Source: Escherichia coli (GTDB lineage: Bacteria > Pseudomonadota > Gammaproteobacteria > Enterobacterales > Enterobacteriaceae). Taken from it: a stretch of DNA of 32,000 bases. Below are positions 1 through 10,031 of the stretch, in pieces. A model generated the notes under the pieces. That model did no database searches, was not told the DNA's origin, and saw only the letters and a list, made by a program, of their open reading frames with translations. The stretch is taken from assembly GCF_013371685.1 (NCBI RefSeq), contig NZ_CP055251.1. One strand, written 5' to 3'. Both the position numbers and the translations under genes were made by a program. Within the stretch, counting starts at the first letter, position 1; each line of letters starts with the position of its first letter.

Positions 1-2
1 AG

Positions 3-674
3 AAACTGGATCGGTGGTTAAAAGATGGCATCACCACGCCGGGTGGAAAACTCCCTTCAGAAAGAGAGCTGGGAGAACTGCTGGGCATTAAACGTATGAC
101 GCTGCGCCAGGCGTTGTTGAACCTCGAGGCAGAATCCAAAATCTTCCGTAAGGATCGTAAGGGGTGGTTCGTGACCCAGCCGCGATTTAATTACAGTCCG
201 GAGTTGTCGGCGAGCTTTCAGCGGGCCGCAATTGAGCAAGGACGAGAGCCTTCCTGGGGGTTTACCGAGAAAAACCGTACCAGCGATATTCCCGAGACGC
301 TCGCGCCACTGATTGCAGTGACACCATCAACTGAACTCTATCGCATCACCGGCTGGGGGGCGCTGGAAGGACATAAAGTTTTCTATCACGAAACATATAT
401 TAATCCTGAAGTTGCTCCGGGTTTTATTGAACAACTTGAAAACCACTCATTTTCTGCAGTCTGGGAAAAGTGCTACCAAAAAGAGACGGTAGTAAAAAAA
501 TTGATTTTCAAACCCGTCAGAATGCCGGGCGATATCAGCAAGTATCTTGGCGGTTCTGCGGGTATGCCAGCGATCTTAATTGAAAAGCATCGCGCCGACC
601 AGCAAGGCAATATTGTCCAGATAGATATTGAATATTGGCGATTTGAGGCCGTAGACCTCATCATTAATCTGTAG
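3..674 (+). CDS. yihL: GntR-family transcriptional regulator YihL, 5'-truncated by the window edge
   Basis: The frame is open from base 3 (KLDRWLKDGITTPGGKLPSERELGELLGIKRMTLRQALLNLE...), a typical GntR winged-helix N-terminus, and runs into the listed 96..674 ORF ending in TAG. The ATG at 96 is internal. Confidence 0.93.
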   Translation, partial: KLDRWLKDGITTPGGKLPSERELGELLGIKRMTLRQALLNLEAESKIFRKDRKGWFVTQPRFNYSPELSASFQRAAIEQGREPSWGFTEKNRTSDIPETLAPLIAVTPSTELYRITGWGALEGHKVFYHETYINPEVAPGFIEQLENHSFSAVWEKCYQKETVVKKLIFKPVRMPGDISKYLGGSAGMPAILIEKHRADQQGNIVQIDIEYWRFEAVDLIINL

Positions 675-681
675 GTGTTTT

Positions 682-1662
682 ATGGTGACAATAAATAACG
701 CAAGAAAGATTCTACAACGTGTCGACACTCTTCCTCTTTATTTACATGCTTATGCCTTTCATTTAAATATGCGGCTGGAAAGAGTGTTGCCTGCTGATTT
801 ACTTGATATCGCAAGTGAAAATAATCTACGTGGCGTCAAAATCCATGTTCTGGATGGCGAGCGTTTTTCTCTTGGTAATATGGACGATAAAGAACTCTCT
901 GCCTTTGGAGATAAAGCCCGCCGTCTGAACCTTGATATTCATATTGAAACCAGCGCCTCAGATAAGGCATCTATTGACGAAGCCGTCGCCATTGCGTTGA
1001 AAACTGGGGCATCGTCCGTACGTTTTTATCCACGTTATGAAGGTAATTTGCGCGACGTATTATCGATCATCGCTAACGACATTGCCTATGTACGGGAAAC
1101 GTATCAGGACAGCGGCCTGACTTTTACGATCGAACAGCATGAAGATTTAAAAAGCCATGAGCTGGTGTCGCTGGTCAAAGAAAGTGAGATGGAATCTCTT
1201 TCCTTACTGTTTGATTTTGCGAACATGATCAATGCAAATGAGCATCCCATCGACGCTTTAAAAACGATGGCGCCGCATATTACCCAGGTCCATATCAAAG
1301 ATGCCTTGATCGTTAAAGAACCGGGTGGCCTGGGTCATAAAGCCTGTATTTCAGGTCAGGGTGATATGCCGTTCAAAGCGTTATTAACGCACCTTATATG
1401 CCTGGGTGATGATGAGCCGCAGGTGACGGCATATGGCCTGGAAGAAGAGGTTGATTACTATGCGCCGGCGTTCCGCTTTGAAGACGAAGATGATAATCCG
1501 TGGATCCCTTATCGCCAGATGAGTGAAACACCATTGCCAGAAAATCATTTACTGGATGCGCGGTTACGTAAAGAAAAAGAAGATGCAATTAATCAGATAA
1601 ATCATGTGCGTAACGTACTACAACAAATCAAACAAGAGGCAAACCATCTTCTGAACCACTAA
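682..1662 (+). CDS. yihM: YihM, xylose-isomerase-like TIM-barrel / putative sugar phosphate isomerase
   Basis: 326-aa ORF 7 bp downstream of yihL; content and gene order match E. coli YihM. Confidence 0.9.
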   Translation: MVTINNARKILQRVDTLPLYLHAYAFHLNMRLERVLPADLLDIASENNLRGVKIHVLDGERFSLGNMDDKELSAFGDKARRLNLDIHIETSASDKASIDEAVAIALKTGASSVRFYPRYEGNLRDVLSIIANDIAYVRETYQDSGLTFTIEQHEDLKSHELVSLVKESEMESLSLLFDFANMINANEHPIDALKTMAPHITQVHIKDALIVKEPGGLGHKACISGQGDMPFKALLTHLICLGDDEPQVTAYGLEEEVDYYAPAFRFEDEDDNPWIPYRQMSETPLPENHLLDARLRKEKEDAINQINHVRNVLQQIKQEANHLLNH

Positions 1663-1763
1663 TAAGTTTTAACTCATACGCAGTTAATAAAACCATTCCA
1701 TATGAATGGTCGGTATCTTATTGCCTTTAAAACAGTGATTTTAAAAATCGCTTAGGGGATGTT

Positions 1764-3029
1764 ATGCTCACGAAAAAGAAATGGGCGTTATTTAGTCTAT
1801 TAACATTGTGTGGCGGTACAATTTATAAATTACCGTCGCTGAAAGATGCGTTTTATATCCCGATGCAGGAATATTTCCATTTGACCAATGGTCAAATTGG
1901 TAATGCTATGTCGGTAAACTCATTTGTCACGACAGTGGGTTTTTTTCTGTCTATTTATTTTGCCGATAAACTACCGCGCAGATACACCATGTCATTCTCA
2001 CTCATTGCGACAGGATTACTGGGTGTTTATTTGACGACAATGCCGGGGTATTGGGGCATCCTCTTTGTCTGGGCGCTATTTGGCGTTACTTGCGACATGA
2101 TGAACTGGCCGGTCTTGCTCAAGTCGGTAAGTCGATTGGGCAATAGCGAACAACAAGGTCGGTTGTTTGGCTTCTTCGAAACAGGGCGTGGCATTGTCGA
2201 TACCGTGGTGGCATTTTCTGCGTTGGCAGTATTTACCTGGTTTGGCAGTGGCTTATTGGGTTTTAAAGCAGGCATCTGGTTCTATTCCCTTATTGTGATT
2301 GCCGTAGGCATTATTATTTTCTTTGTCCTGAATGACAAAGAAGAGGCACCGTCCGTTGAGGTGAAAAAAGAAGACGGAGCATCGCAAAACACCAGTATGA
2401 CCTCGGTGCTGAGAGACAAAACCATCTGGCTTATCGCTTTTAACGTCTTCTTCGTTTACGCGGTTTACTGTGGCCTGACATTCTTCATTCCATTCCTGAA
2501 AAACATCTATCTATTGCCCGTTGCGCTGGTGGGGGCTTACGGCATCATTAACCAATACTGTCTGAAAATGATTGGTGGACCGATTGGCGGCATGATTTCA
2601 GATAAGATCCTGAAATCGCCGAGTAAATATCTATGCTACACCTTTATCATCAGTACCGCTGCGCTCGTACTGTTGATTATGCTGCCGCACGAAAGTATGC
2701 CGGTCTATTTAGGGATGGTATGTACGCTGGGCTTTGGCGCGATAGTCTTTACACAGCGAGCCGTATTTTTTGCACCTATCGGCGAAGCAAAAATTGCTGA
2801 AAATAAAACAGGTGCGGCGATGGCGTTGGGTAGCTTTATTGGTTACGCTCCGGCGATGTTCTGCTTCAGTCTGTATGGCTACATTCTGGATTTAAATCCG
2901 GGGATTATTGGCTACAAAATCGTGTTTGGCATTATGGCCTGCTTCGCATTCAGTGGTGCGGTGGTTTCCGTAATGCTGGTTAAGCGTATTAGCCAACGTA
3001 AGAAAGAGATGCTGGCGGCTGAAGCTTAA
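1764..3029 (+). CDS. yihN: MFS transporter YihN
   Basis: 421-aa highly hydrophobic ORF with MFS-like segments (FADKLPRRYTMS, GPIGGMISDKI); follows yihM. Confidence 0.93.
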   Translation: MLTKKKWALFSLLTLCGGTIYKLPSLKDAFYIPMQEYFHLTNGQIGNAMSVNSFVTTVGFFLSIYFADKLPRRYTMSFSLIATGLLGVYLTTMPGYWGILFVWALFGVTCDMMNWPVLLKSVSRLGNSEQQGRLFGFFETGRGIVDTVVAFSALAVFTWFGSGLLGFKAGIWFYSLIVIAVGIIIFFVLNDKEEAPSVEVKKEDGASQNTSMTSVLRDKTIWLIAFNVFFVYAVYCGLTFFIPFLKNIYLLPVALVGAYGIINQYCLKMIGGPIGGMISDKILKSPSKYLCYTFIISTAALVLLIMLPHESMPVYLGMVCTLGFGAIVFTQRAVFFAPIGEAKIAENKTGAAMALGSFIGYAPAMFCFSLYGYILDLNPGIIGYKIVFGIMACFAFSGAVVSVMLVKRISQRKKEMLAAEA

Positions 3030-3034
3030 TTAAT

Positions 3035-3110
<76 letters not shown>

Positions 3111-3119
3111 AGTTTCACA

Positions 3120-3812
3120 TCAGAAGAAATACTTCGTCCCGATACGGATCTGGTTTTGCTCGCGGTGGTACGGTTCGACGTTGCGGTCTAACCAGCGCAA
3201 TTCGAAATAAGGGAGCCAGTTTTCATTAATACGGTAACGGAAGGTGTTAGTGATTTCCCAATGATGATCTTTCCCGTTGCTACTATTAAAGTCATTCACT
3301 CGCATGAAGTAATGTGGCTCAAATGTATAGGAAAATTTATCGGTGATTTTAAAATTCCAGTAGGTGCCAATTTCATAGGTGTCATTATTATCCAGTTCCC
3401 CGCTCAAATCTGTTGAACTATAGTTATTATGGTTATAGCGATTTCGTACTGTCAGATTAAACCATGGTACAAATTTATAGTTGACGTCCAGATACACTGC
3501 ACCACCCGAACCGATACTCTTATCATTAATTAAGCCACCGGGCTGGATGGTTAATTTATCGGTTGGTTTGAATAAAGGATACCAACCTTCAATTTCATTA
3601 TAGCCATGTTTTAGTTCATCTTCTCGCTGAAAGGTGTAGGTATTGGTTAACATAATACCCGCGCCCATATCGAAGTTATAACCCACACGTAGCATAACCT
3701 CGCCCTGATCGGAGGCAAGATTATATGCCTCCCTGTTTTCGACGTATGCGCCAGCAAATACCGAGGCAGAGGTCAGAGAAGATAATAAAATTATTGCATT
3801 AATCTTTTTCAT
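3120..3812 (-). CDS. ompL: Outer membrane channel OmpL (oligogalacturonate-specific porin family, KdgM-like)
   Basis: From the internal start MKKINAIILLSSLTSASVFA (signal peptide) gives 230 aa; beta-barrel-like C-terminus ending ...IRIGTKYFF. The listed ORF has a 12-aa upstream extension. Confidence 0.92.
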   Translation of the reverse strand: MKKINAIILLSSLTSASVFAGAYVENREAYNLASDQGEVMLRVGYNFDMGAGIMLTNTYTFQREDELKHGYNEIEGWYPLFKPTDKLTIQPGGLINDKSIGSGGAVYLDVNYKFVPWFNLTVRNRYNHNNYSSTDLSGELDNNDTYEIGTYWNFKITDKFSYTFEPHYFMRVNDFNSSNGKDHHWEITNTFRYRINENWLPYFELRWLDRNVEPYHREQNQIRIGTKYFF

Positions 3813-3879
3813 AATAAGTCCATTTTTTAAACGTAGGGAGGCCGCCACCCACCAGGATGGAAATAGCGGCTATTGACAT

Positions 3880-5283
3880 TTATAACGTTACGGAAGCCGT
3901 TTTTTCTTCTGTCGCCATCTCTTTATTTTTGCGTTGGTTGATTTCCTCAATAATCAATGCAAACCGTTTTTCATTGAGTGTGTAAAAGAATCCCATCGTC
4001 AATGCAGCAATAATTGCCAGTGCACAAGGCCAGATAAAAATGAGCTGACGCAAACCCTGTAATGTCGCATCGCTTTGCGCGATGTTGGGAACATAACCAA
4101 TTTGCGTCAGCATAATGCCTGGCAAGAAGCCAGCAAGTGCGGCAGAAATTTTACGAAAGAAGGTATAACCGGTATAAACAGAACCTTCGGCACGAATACC
4201 GGTTTTCCATTCACCGTAATCTACGGTATCTGGTACCAGTGCCCAGTTCAGGCTGTTTACAAAGGCCGTGCCAAAAAAGGCGACACAAGAGAACATGACG
4301 AAAGTGAAAGAGTTACTTCCCCAGAAATAATTCAGTATATCACCCACCGCCCATAGCACCATGCCAGCTAAATAAACCTGTTTTTTACCAAAACATTTTA
4401 CAGTTACTGGCACCAGTAATACGCCGACGAGGATGCATCCCATACTGAAGAATCCCATCCACGACAATAAATTAATATCATTCAGCACATACTGGGTGTA
4501 ATAGACCTGAATCGCCAGTTTGATATTAAATGCCGCCAGAGTACACAGGTTAGCAATGCATAAAACCAGCAATGGTGGATTACGAAATATCGCGCAAAAA
4601 GATTTGAGAATACTGGCTTTATGTCCGGTTGGCGCTGTGTCCACATAATGCTCTTTGACGCCTCTGTAGCACAGCATCATAAAAATAAAGCCGCCAATGG
4701 AGAACATAAGTGCCGCACAGGCATAACCGACGGTTGAGTCAGAAAAAAGCGACTGCAACGGAATAAACGCCACGGTACAAATCAATAGCCCTATGGTTGC
4801 ACCACCCTGGCGGTAAGCCGCGAGCTGCGCGCGCTCATTCGGGTTTTTGGTAATTGCCGGGATCATCGCACCATACGAGCAGTTCATCAGACTGTATGAA
4901 AGTCCAAACATCATAAACAGCGCGGTGGCAATCGTCGTTTTAACCGGCAAACAAAAGGTGGTGGCGATAAACTGGAGCGTTGCAATTAACGCCGCCGGAA
5001 CTGCTGCATATAAAATAAAGGGACGAAATTTGCCTTTAGGCCCAATATTTTTCCGCGAGTCGAGTAAAAATCCGGTGAGCATATCGGTAAACGCGGTAAA
5101 AAACTTCGCCACCAGAAAGATAATCCCGCCATAGTAAGCAGGCATCCCTAATTCATCGGTATAAAATTTGAGGAGATACAGAGTACCGATGCAGAGCATT
5201 AAATTCGAACCGACGTCGCCCATACCATAGGCGATTTTTTCCCGCAGATTCAGTTTTAATGTCAGTGGATTATGGTCAGACAT
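3880..5283 (-). CDS. yihO: GPH-family cation:sugar symporter YihO, putative sulfoquinovose transporter
   Basis: 467 aa from MSDHNPLTLKLNLREKIAYGMGDVGSN; GPH-family N-terminal motif; part of the yih cluster. Confidence 0.94.
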   Translation of the reverse strand: MSDHNPLTLKLNLREKIAYGMGDVGSNLMLCIGTLYLLKFYTDELGMPAYYGGIIFLVAKFFTAFTDMLTGFLLDSRKNIGPKGKFRPFILYAAVPAALIATLQFIATTFCLPVKTTIATALFMMFGLSYSLMNCSYGAMIPAITKNPNERAQLAAYRQGGATIGLLICTVAFIPLQSLFSDSTVGYACAALMFSIGGFIFMMLCYRGVKEHYVDTAPTGHKASILKSFCAIFRNPPLLVLCIANLCTLAAFNIKLAIQVYYTQYVLNDINLLSWMGFFSMGCILVGVLLVPVTVKCFGKKQVYLAGMVLWAVGDILNYFWGSNSFTFVMFSCVAFFGTAFVNSLNWALVPDTVDYGEWKTGIRAEGSVYTGYTFFRKISAALAGFLPGIMLTQIGYVPNIAQSDATLQGLRQLIFIWPCALAIIAALTMGFFYTLNEKRFALIIEEINQRKNKEMATEEKTASVTL

Positions 5284-5325
5284 AATCACTCCTTATAACG
5301 CCCCGCAGGGCGTCGTTTATTATTA

Positions 5326-6711
5326 TTACGCCGTGCGTTTACGGGCTTCTATCTCTTCCACAATGCGGACATACATCTTCTCGTTCAGGCTGTAGAAGCA
5401 ACCCATCGCCACAATGGTGACTACCGCCAGTGCGCTTGGGTAGATGAAGATCAACTGGCGTAACCCTTCAATGGTGTGGTCAGCCTGTGCGACGTTCGGC
5501 ACATAGCCAATTTGCGTCAGCATCCAGCCGGGGAAGAAACCAGCCAGCGCCTGAGACACTTTGCGAAAGAAGGTGAAGCCGGTGTAGACCGTGCCTTCCG
5601 AACGCACGCCGGTGCGCCACTCGCCGTACTCGACGGTGTCGGAAACCAGCGCCCAGTTCAGGCTGTTAACAAACGCTGAGCCGAAGAACGCCAGGCAGGA
5701 GAACGCCACAAAGCTGACCGAGCCGCCGCCGAAGAAATAGTTGAGCAGATCGCCCAGCACCCAAATCAGCAGGCCGCCGATATAGACCTTCTTCTTACCA
5801 AAACGTCTGACTGCGCCAGGCATCAGGAACACGCCGATGAAAATACAGCCCATGCTGAAAAATCCCATATACGACAACAGGATGGGATCGTTAAGTACGT
5901 ACTGGGTGTAATAGACCTGAATGGCGAGCTTGACGTTAAACGCCCCTAAGGTGCAGAGGTTGGCAATACACAGAATGAACAGTGGGCGGTTACCGGCAAT
6001 TGCGCGGAAAGATTGCAACAGGCCAGGCTTTTGCGCCGGATTGGTTGGTTGGGTTTCGACATAACGCTCTTTCACGCCTGAGTAGCAGATCCACATAAAC
6101 AGCAGGCCGAACAGTGAAAACAGCGTGGCGGCGAAGATATAGCCAAGTTTCTGATTACCTTCGATAAGATTCATAACTGGCACGAATCCCACCGTGCACA
6201 GCAGCAGGCCCAGCGTAGCGCCGCCCTGACGCCATGCCGCCAGTGAGGCGCGTTCGTTGGGGTTTTTGGTGATTGCCGGGACCATTGCGCCGTAGGAGCA
6301 GTTCATCATGCTGAAAAACAGTCCGTAAAGCATAAACAGAATAGTGGCCATCACCGTTTTACCGGTGACATCAAACGGTGTGCCGACAAAGTTGGCGATC
6401 GCCAGTAAGGTGACCGGGAATGACGCATACAGAATAAAAGGACGGAACTTACCTTTTGGACCGATCTTGCGTCGGGAATCCAACATAATGCCGGTACCCA
6501 TATCGGTAAACGCAGTAAAGAATTTTGAAATCAAAAAGATAATGCCGCCATAGGTGCCTGGCAGCCCCAGAACGTCGGTATAAAACTTCAAAAGATAAAG
6601 CGTACCGATATCCAGCAGGATGTTAGAGGCCAGGTCGCCAATACCGTAAGAGAGTTTCTCTTTAAAGGGCAGGCGTAAAGTTGCTGGATCTTCCGTTGTG
6701 ATGTGACTCAT
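5326..6711 (-). CDS. yihP: GPH-family symporter YihP, putative 2,3-dihydroxypropane-1-sulfonate exporter
   Basis: 461 aa from MSHITTEDPATLRLPFKEKLSYGIGDLASN; tandem paralogue of yihO. Confidence 0.93.
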   Translation of the reverse strand: MSHITTEDPATLRLPFKEKLSYGIGDLASNILLDIGTLYLLKFYTDVLGLPGTYGGIIFLISKFFTAFTDMGTGIMLDSRRKIGPKGKFRPFILYASFPVTLLAIANFVGTPFDVTGKTVMATILFMLYGLFFSMMNCSYGAMVPAITKNPNERASLAAWRQGGATLGLLLCTVGFVPVMNLIEGNQKLGYIFAATLFSLFGLLFMWICYSGVKERYVETQPTNPAQKPGLLQSFRAIAGNRPLFILCIANLCTLGAFNVKLAIQVYYTQYVLNDPILLSYMGFFSMGCIFIGVFLMPGAVRRFGKKKVYIGGLLIWVLGDLLNYFFGGGSVSFVAFSCLAFFGSAFVNSLNWALVSDTVEYGEWRTGVRSEGTVYTGFTFFRKVSQALAGFFPGWMLTQIGYVPNVAQADHTIEGLRQLIFIYPSALAVVTIVAMGCFYSLNEKMYVRIVEEIEARKRTA

Positions 6712-6756
6712 CGATGTTCTCCCTTTGCCCATGAGTTTCCCCACGGGCGGATGTGA

Positions 6757-8793
6757 TTAGATGCTTTTTAACGACGCGAACAGTGCCGCCCATTCGCTAT
6801 CGGCGCGATAAAAGACCGGCGGCTTGCCGATGGGCGCATTAACGGTAACTTCCCCGCCCCGGAACGCTTCACCCGTCCAGGCGTGGACCCAGTTATCCTC
6901 CGGCAGATAGAGCGTCCAGTCGCTACGGCCTTCTTCATGCACCGGAGCGACCAGAATGTCGCGACCTAACAGGTACTGATATTTCAGGGTGTAAGTGTGC
7001 GCATCGTCTTCGTAATGCAGGAACAGCGGGCGCATAACCGGCAGGCCGGACTTCGCATTCAGCGCGACAGCCTCTTTCAGGTAAGGTTTCAGGGTGGTGA
7101 AGACGGAGGTCATACGGGCAAAATGGGCGATAGTTTCTGCGTCGCCGTCAAACTGCCAGTTGTCGCCAGGACGGTTACCTTCGTGGGTGCGCATCATCGG
7201 CGTGAAGGCGCTGAAATCGCACCAGCGCAGCAGCAGCTCTTTGCTGCGCTTCATCTCAAACAGGGTGGTGTAACCGCCAATGTCGCTGTGGTGCAGGCCA
7301 TGTCCGGTCATTGCCAGCGACAGCGCCGCCGGGACAACCGACGCCAGGCCATCGTCGAGACTCCAGTCGACGTTCTGGTCGCCCGCCCACATCATGGTGG
7401 AGTATTTCTGGCTACCGGTAGAACCGGCGCGCATAAAGTAAAGGATCTCGCCGAGCTTGCCCGTTTCTTCAAGGGCTTCGTAGTTACACTTCGCCCACAG
7501 CGCAGGCCAGGCGTTATGCATAATTTCGGCACTGACGCCGTTATGCAGGTACGTGTCGGTGGGCAGATACTCGCCGAAGTCAGCCATCCAGCCGCCGCAG
7601 CCGAGTTCAATCATGTTCTTTTTGATCGCTTCCTTGAACCAGGCGTAGGCTTCTGGATTAGTGAGATCGACAACGCCGCCGTAAAACTCGCCAAACTCCA
7701 CCAGATAGTCACCGCCAGAGGCATCTTTTGCCAGATAGCCGTGTTGTGCCGCTTCTTCGCAGAGATCTTTATCGCTGGCAACATACGGGTTGATATAGGC
7801 CAGGAACTGCACGCCCTCCTGATTCCACTGCTTAATGCGTGAATCCAGTTGCGGGTAGTTTTCGCTGTTCCACTTCCAGTTCCACATCACGCGTTTGCCA
7901 AAAGAGGTCATACGAATACCGGACCAGTCCTGCGCCCAGATGCCGTTGACCTTCACGCCCGCGTTACGCATGGTGTCCAGTTTCTTCTGGCACACTTCCG
8001 TCCCGCCCTGAATGCCGAGCGTTACTCCGTCATAAATCCAGTCGGGCAGTTCTGGCTGGCGTCCCAGCAGGGCGGTTAATTTTTCCAGCAGGGAAATGTA
8101 TGTGTCAGCACATTCAAAACGCAGCGTTGCTTTGTCTTCCCACAGCGCCAGTTCATGGTATTCCGGGGCACTAAAGTCGAAGTTCATATAGCAACTGTTA
8201 TCAACATGGCAGTAATACTTCTGCGTGCTGACAAACGTAGGCTGTGGGAAGAAAGTCCAGTAATAGTCGCCGCCCGCATTTTCTTTGCAGTCGGCCTGCC
8301 AGGTGACATAGGTTTGTTTGTTGCGACCAACGCCTTGTTCACTGGTCCATAGCGGGAACGGTTTGCCACGCAGATCGAAGTAGGAAAACTGTTCGCCGCA
8401 GCCGTAGATATGGTCCTCTGGTTGAGCGGCAAGGCGCAGCCAGATACGGTTGTGGTTAAGGTTGTCGTTTTGTAGTTCCAGCAATAAACGGCCCTGATCG
8501 TCGGCAGAGATATTCAGCGTGGCGCTAATGTCAGAACCACGGCTGAAATGAATTAACCAACCATCCGGTGACTGGCTGACGATGGCGTCGGTAAGCGCAA
8601 TTTTCTCCTGTAGTTTATCTTTAATGCTGAAATTACCGCGGAACATATCGATATCCGCTATACCTGAGCCAATCCATAAACAAGGATTATCTTTGCTATG
8701 GGTTAAAATAAGACGTTGTTGAAAATGTAGGGTAAAACTGTCGTTATTCTGATGAAATTGAAAATCTAATAACTGTGGACGTGGCGTATCCAT
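6757..8793 (-). CDS. yihQ: Sulfoquinovosidase (glycoside hydrolase family 31)
   Basis: 678-aa ORF with GH31 features including GIWAQDWSGIRMTSFGKRVMWNW and GCGGWMADFGEYLP. Confidence 0.96.
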   Translation of the reverse strand: MDTPRPQLLDFQFHQNNDSFTLHFQQRLILTHSKDNPCLWIGSGIADIDMFRGNFSIKDKLQEKIALTDAIVSQSPDGWLIHFSRGSDISATLNISADDQGRLLLELQNDNLNHNRIWLRLAAQPEDHIYGCGEQFSYFDLRGKPFPLWTSEQGVGRNKQTYVTWQADCKENAGGDYYWTFFPQPTFVSTQKYYCHVDNSCYMNFDFSAPEYHELALWEDKATLRFECADTYISLLEKLTALLGRQPELPDWIYDGVTLGIQGGTEVCQKKLDTMRNAGVKVNGIWAQDWSGIRMTSFGKRVMWNWKWNSENYPQLDSRIKQWNQEGVQFLAYINPYVASDKDLCEEAAQHGYLAKDASGGDYLVEFGEFYGGVVDLTNPEAYAWFKEAIKKNMIELGCGGWMADFGEYLPTDTYLHNGVSAEIMHNAWPALWAKCNYEALEETGKLGEILYFMRAGSTGSQKYSTMMWAGDQNVDWSLDDGLASVVPAALSLAMTGHGLHHSDIGGYTTLFEMKRSKELLLRWCDFSAFTPMMRTHEGNRPGDNWQFDGDAETIAHFARMTSVFTTLKPYLKEAVALNAKSGLPVMRPLFLHYEDDAHTYTLKYQYLLGRDILVAPVHEEGRSDWTLYLPEDNWVHAWTGEAFRGGEVTVNAPIGKPPVFYRADSEWAALFASLKSI

Positions 8794-8991
8794 AACTAAT
8801 CTCCATAGAGTTGAGAACGAGATTGTTGCCTTCCTGTTATTACAGGCTTATGTAAAATGATTCTCATAAAACTGATATATAAAAACTTTACAGAAGCTGA
8901 GCTGTTTTTAACTTAATAAATTGAAGATACATAATGTTGCCTTTAGCGAGTGAAATGTTCTTCAATGATTTTGACTGCTAATCAATACAAG

Positions 8992-9918
8992 TTATTTTCT
9001 CTGTCCGTAAATGTTAAAAAACAGGCGGTGCGGTTTTCCTGGTTCCAGTAATAATAAGTCGATACCTGAATTAAAGGCGTTAGGCGGGCAACTCATAGGT
9101 TCAACTGCCAGTCCCTGACGCTGTAATTTTTCACCGCTATAAATTTGTACCCAGGGTTGATCGCAACAAAGGCTAACCGAAAGCGCCTGTTGTGGATGGG
9201 TAATGGTTATTTCCCACAGATCATTAGCGGTTTTAAAGGTGTGGTCGATTTTTGTCGCGGCTATTGTTTTCGCCTGCGTGAAATTTAAATCCAGCTCATC
9301 AACGTGGTGAAGCGTTGTCGGATTTACGTGTTCATCAACGGCATAAACCTGGTTTGCCGGAAGCTGGAACAGATATTCATCAACAGATGTTAAGTTGCAG
9401 GTTAAATAAGTATGAATACCCACGCCATAAGGCGCTGCGACAGTGCCGATATTCTGGCTTGCGATCTCAACGGAAAGACCCGTGTGTGCGTTGAGCGAAT
9501 AAACAACTTGTGAAGCCAGCATAAACGGATAGCCGTAACTGGGCGGCAGAAAAGCTGTCAGGGTAACGCTGGTGGCGGTTAATTCACTAATTTGCCAGTC
9601 TCGCCAGGCAAGCAGCCCGTGAATAGCGGCTTTTGAACTATGTTCATTAATGGGTAACTGATATTCCTGCCCCTGATAGCGGTAACAGCCGTTGGCGATC
9701 CGGTTCGGCCACGGAATAAGCACTTTACCCAGATGCGCCAGCGGCATCTCTTCGGGTTTGTGCGGGATGACTAAATGACAACCCTGAAAGGTTAATTCAG
9801 CCAGACCAGCACCGACGGTCACAATGGTCGCGTGATAATCCCCCGCGGCAAGTGAAACGGTCTGTCCACTGCAATGCATATTGGTGATTTGCATACAAGG
9901 CACCTTAATTAACGACAT
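8992..9918 (-). CDS. yihR: Aldose-1-epimerase-like protein, sulfoquinovose mutarotase YihR
   Basis: 308-aa ORF with galactose mutarotase-like segments (HGLLAWRDWQI, GVGIHTYLTC, EPMSCPPNAFNSG). Confidence 0.93.
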   Translation of the reverse strand: MSLIKVPCMQITNMHCSGQTVSLAAGDYHATIVTVGAGLAELTFQGCHLVIPHKPEEMPLAHLGKVLIPWPNRIANGCYRYQGQEYQLPINEHSSKAAIHGLLAWRDWQISELTATSVTLTAFLPPSYGYPFMLASQVVYSLNAHTGLSVEIASQNIGTVAAPYGVGIHTYLTCNLTSVDEYLFQLPANQVYAVDEHVNPTTLHHVDELDLNFTQAKTIAATKIDHTFKTANDLWEITITHPQQALSVSLCCDQPWVQIYSGEKLQRQGLAVEPMSCPPNAFNSGIDLLLLEPGKPHRLFFNIYGQRK

Positions 9919-9919
9919 A

Positions 9920-9937
9920 CAGCCTCCCGTGAGGCTG
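9920..9937 (-). promoter_or_regulatory. Candidate Shine-Dalgarno-overlapping hairpin immediately upstream of yihR
   Basis: Minus strand reads CAGCCTC-ACGG-GAGGCTG-T-ATG: a perfect 7-bp stem with a 4-nt loop that ends 1 nt before the yihR start and contains GGAGG. Confidence 0.5.
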
Positions 9938-9960
9938 ATGTCAAACCCAAAAACTGCACC

Positions 9961-10004
9961 GGACGGTCCCCTCGCCCCTTTGGGGAGAGGGTTAGGGTGA
10001 GGGG
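9961..10004. repeat. GC-rich palindromic intergenic repeat, box-C-like
   Basis: GGACGGTCCCCTCGCCCCTTTGGGGAGAGGGTTAGGGTGAGGGG between yihR and yihS; resembles the enterobacterial box C family from memory. Confidence 0.7.
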
Positions 10005-10031
10005 AAAACCCGCACCCTATTTTCAGATCAG

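Noticed and set aside
3880-6711. yihO/yihP as a recent duplication or assembly artefact
   Set aside because: They are clearly diverged paralogues with distinct known roles in the cluster.
6997-7842. 281-aa plus-strand ORF opposite yihQ
   Set aside because: Antisense shadow of the sulfoquinovosidase gene with no recognisable domain.
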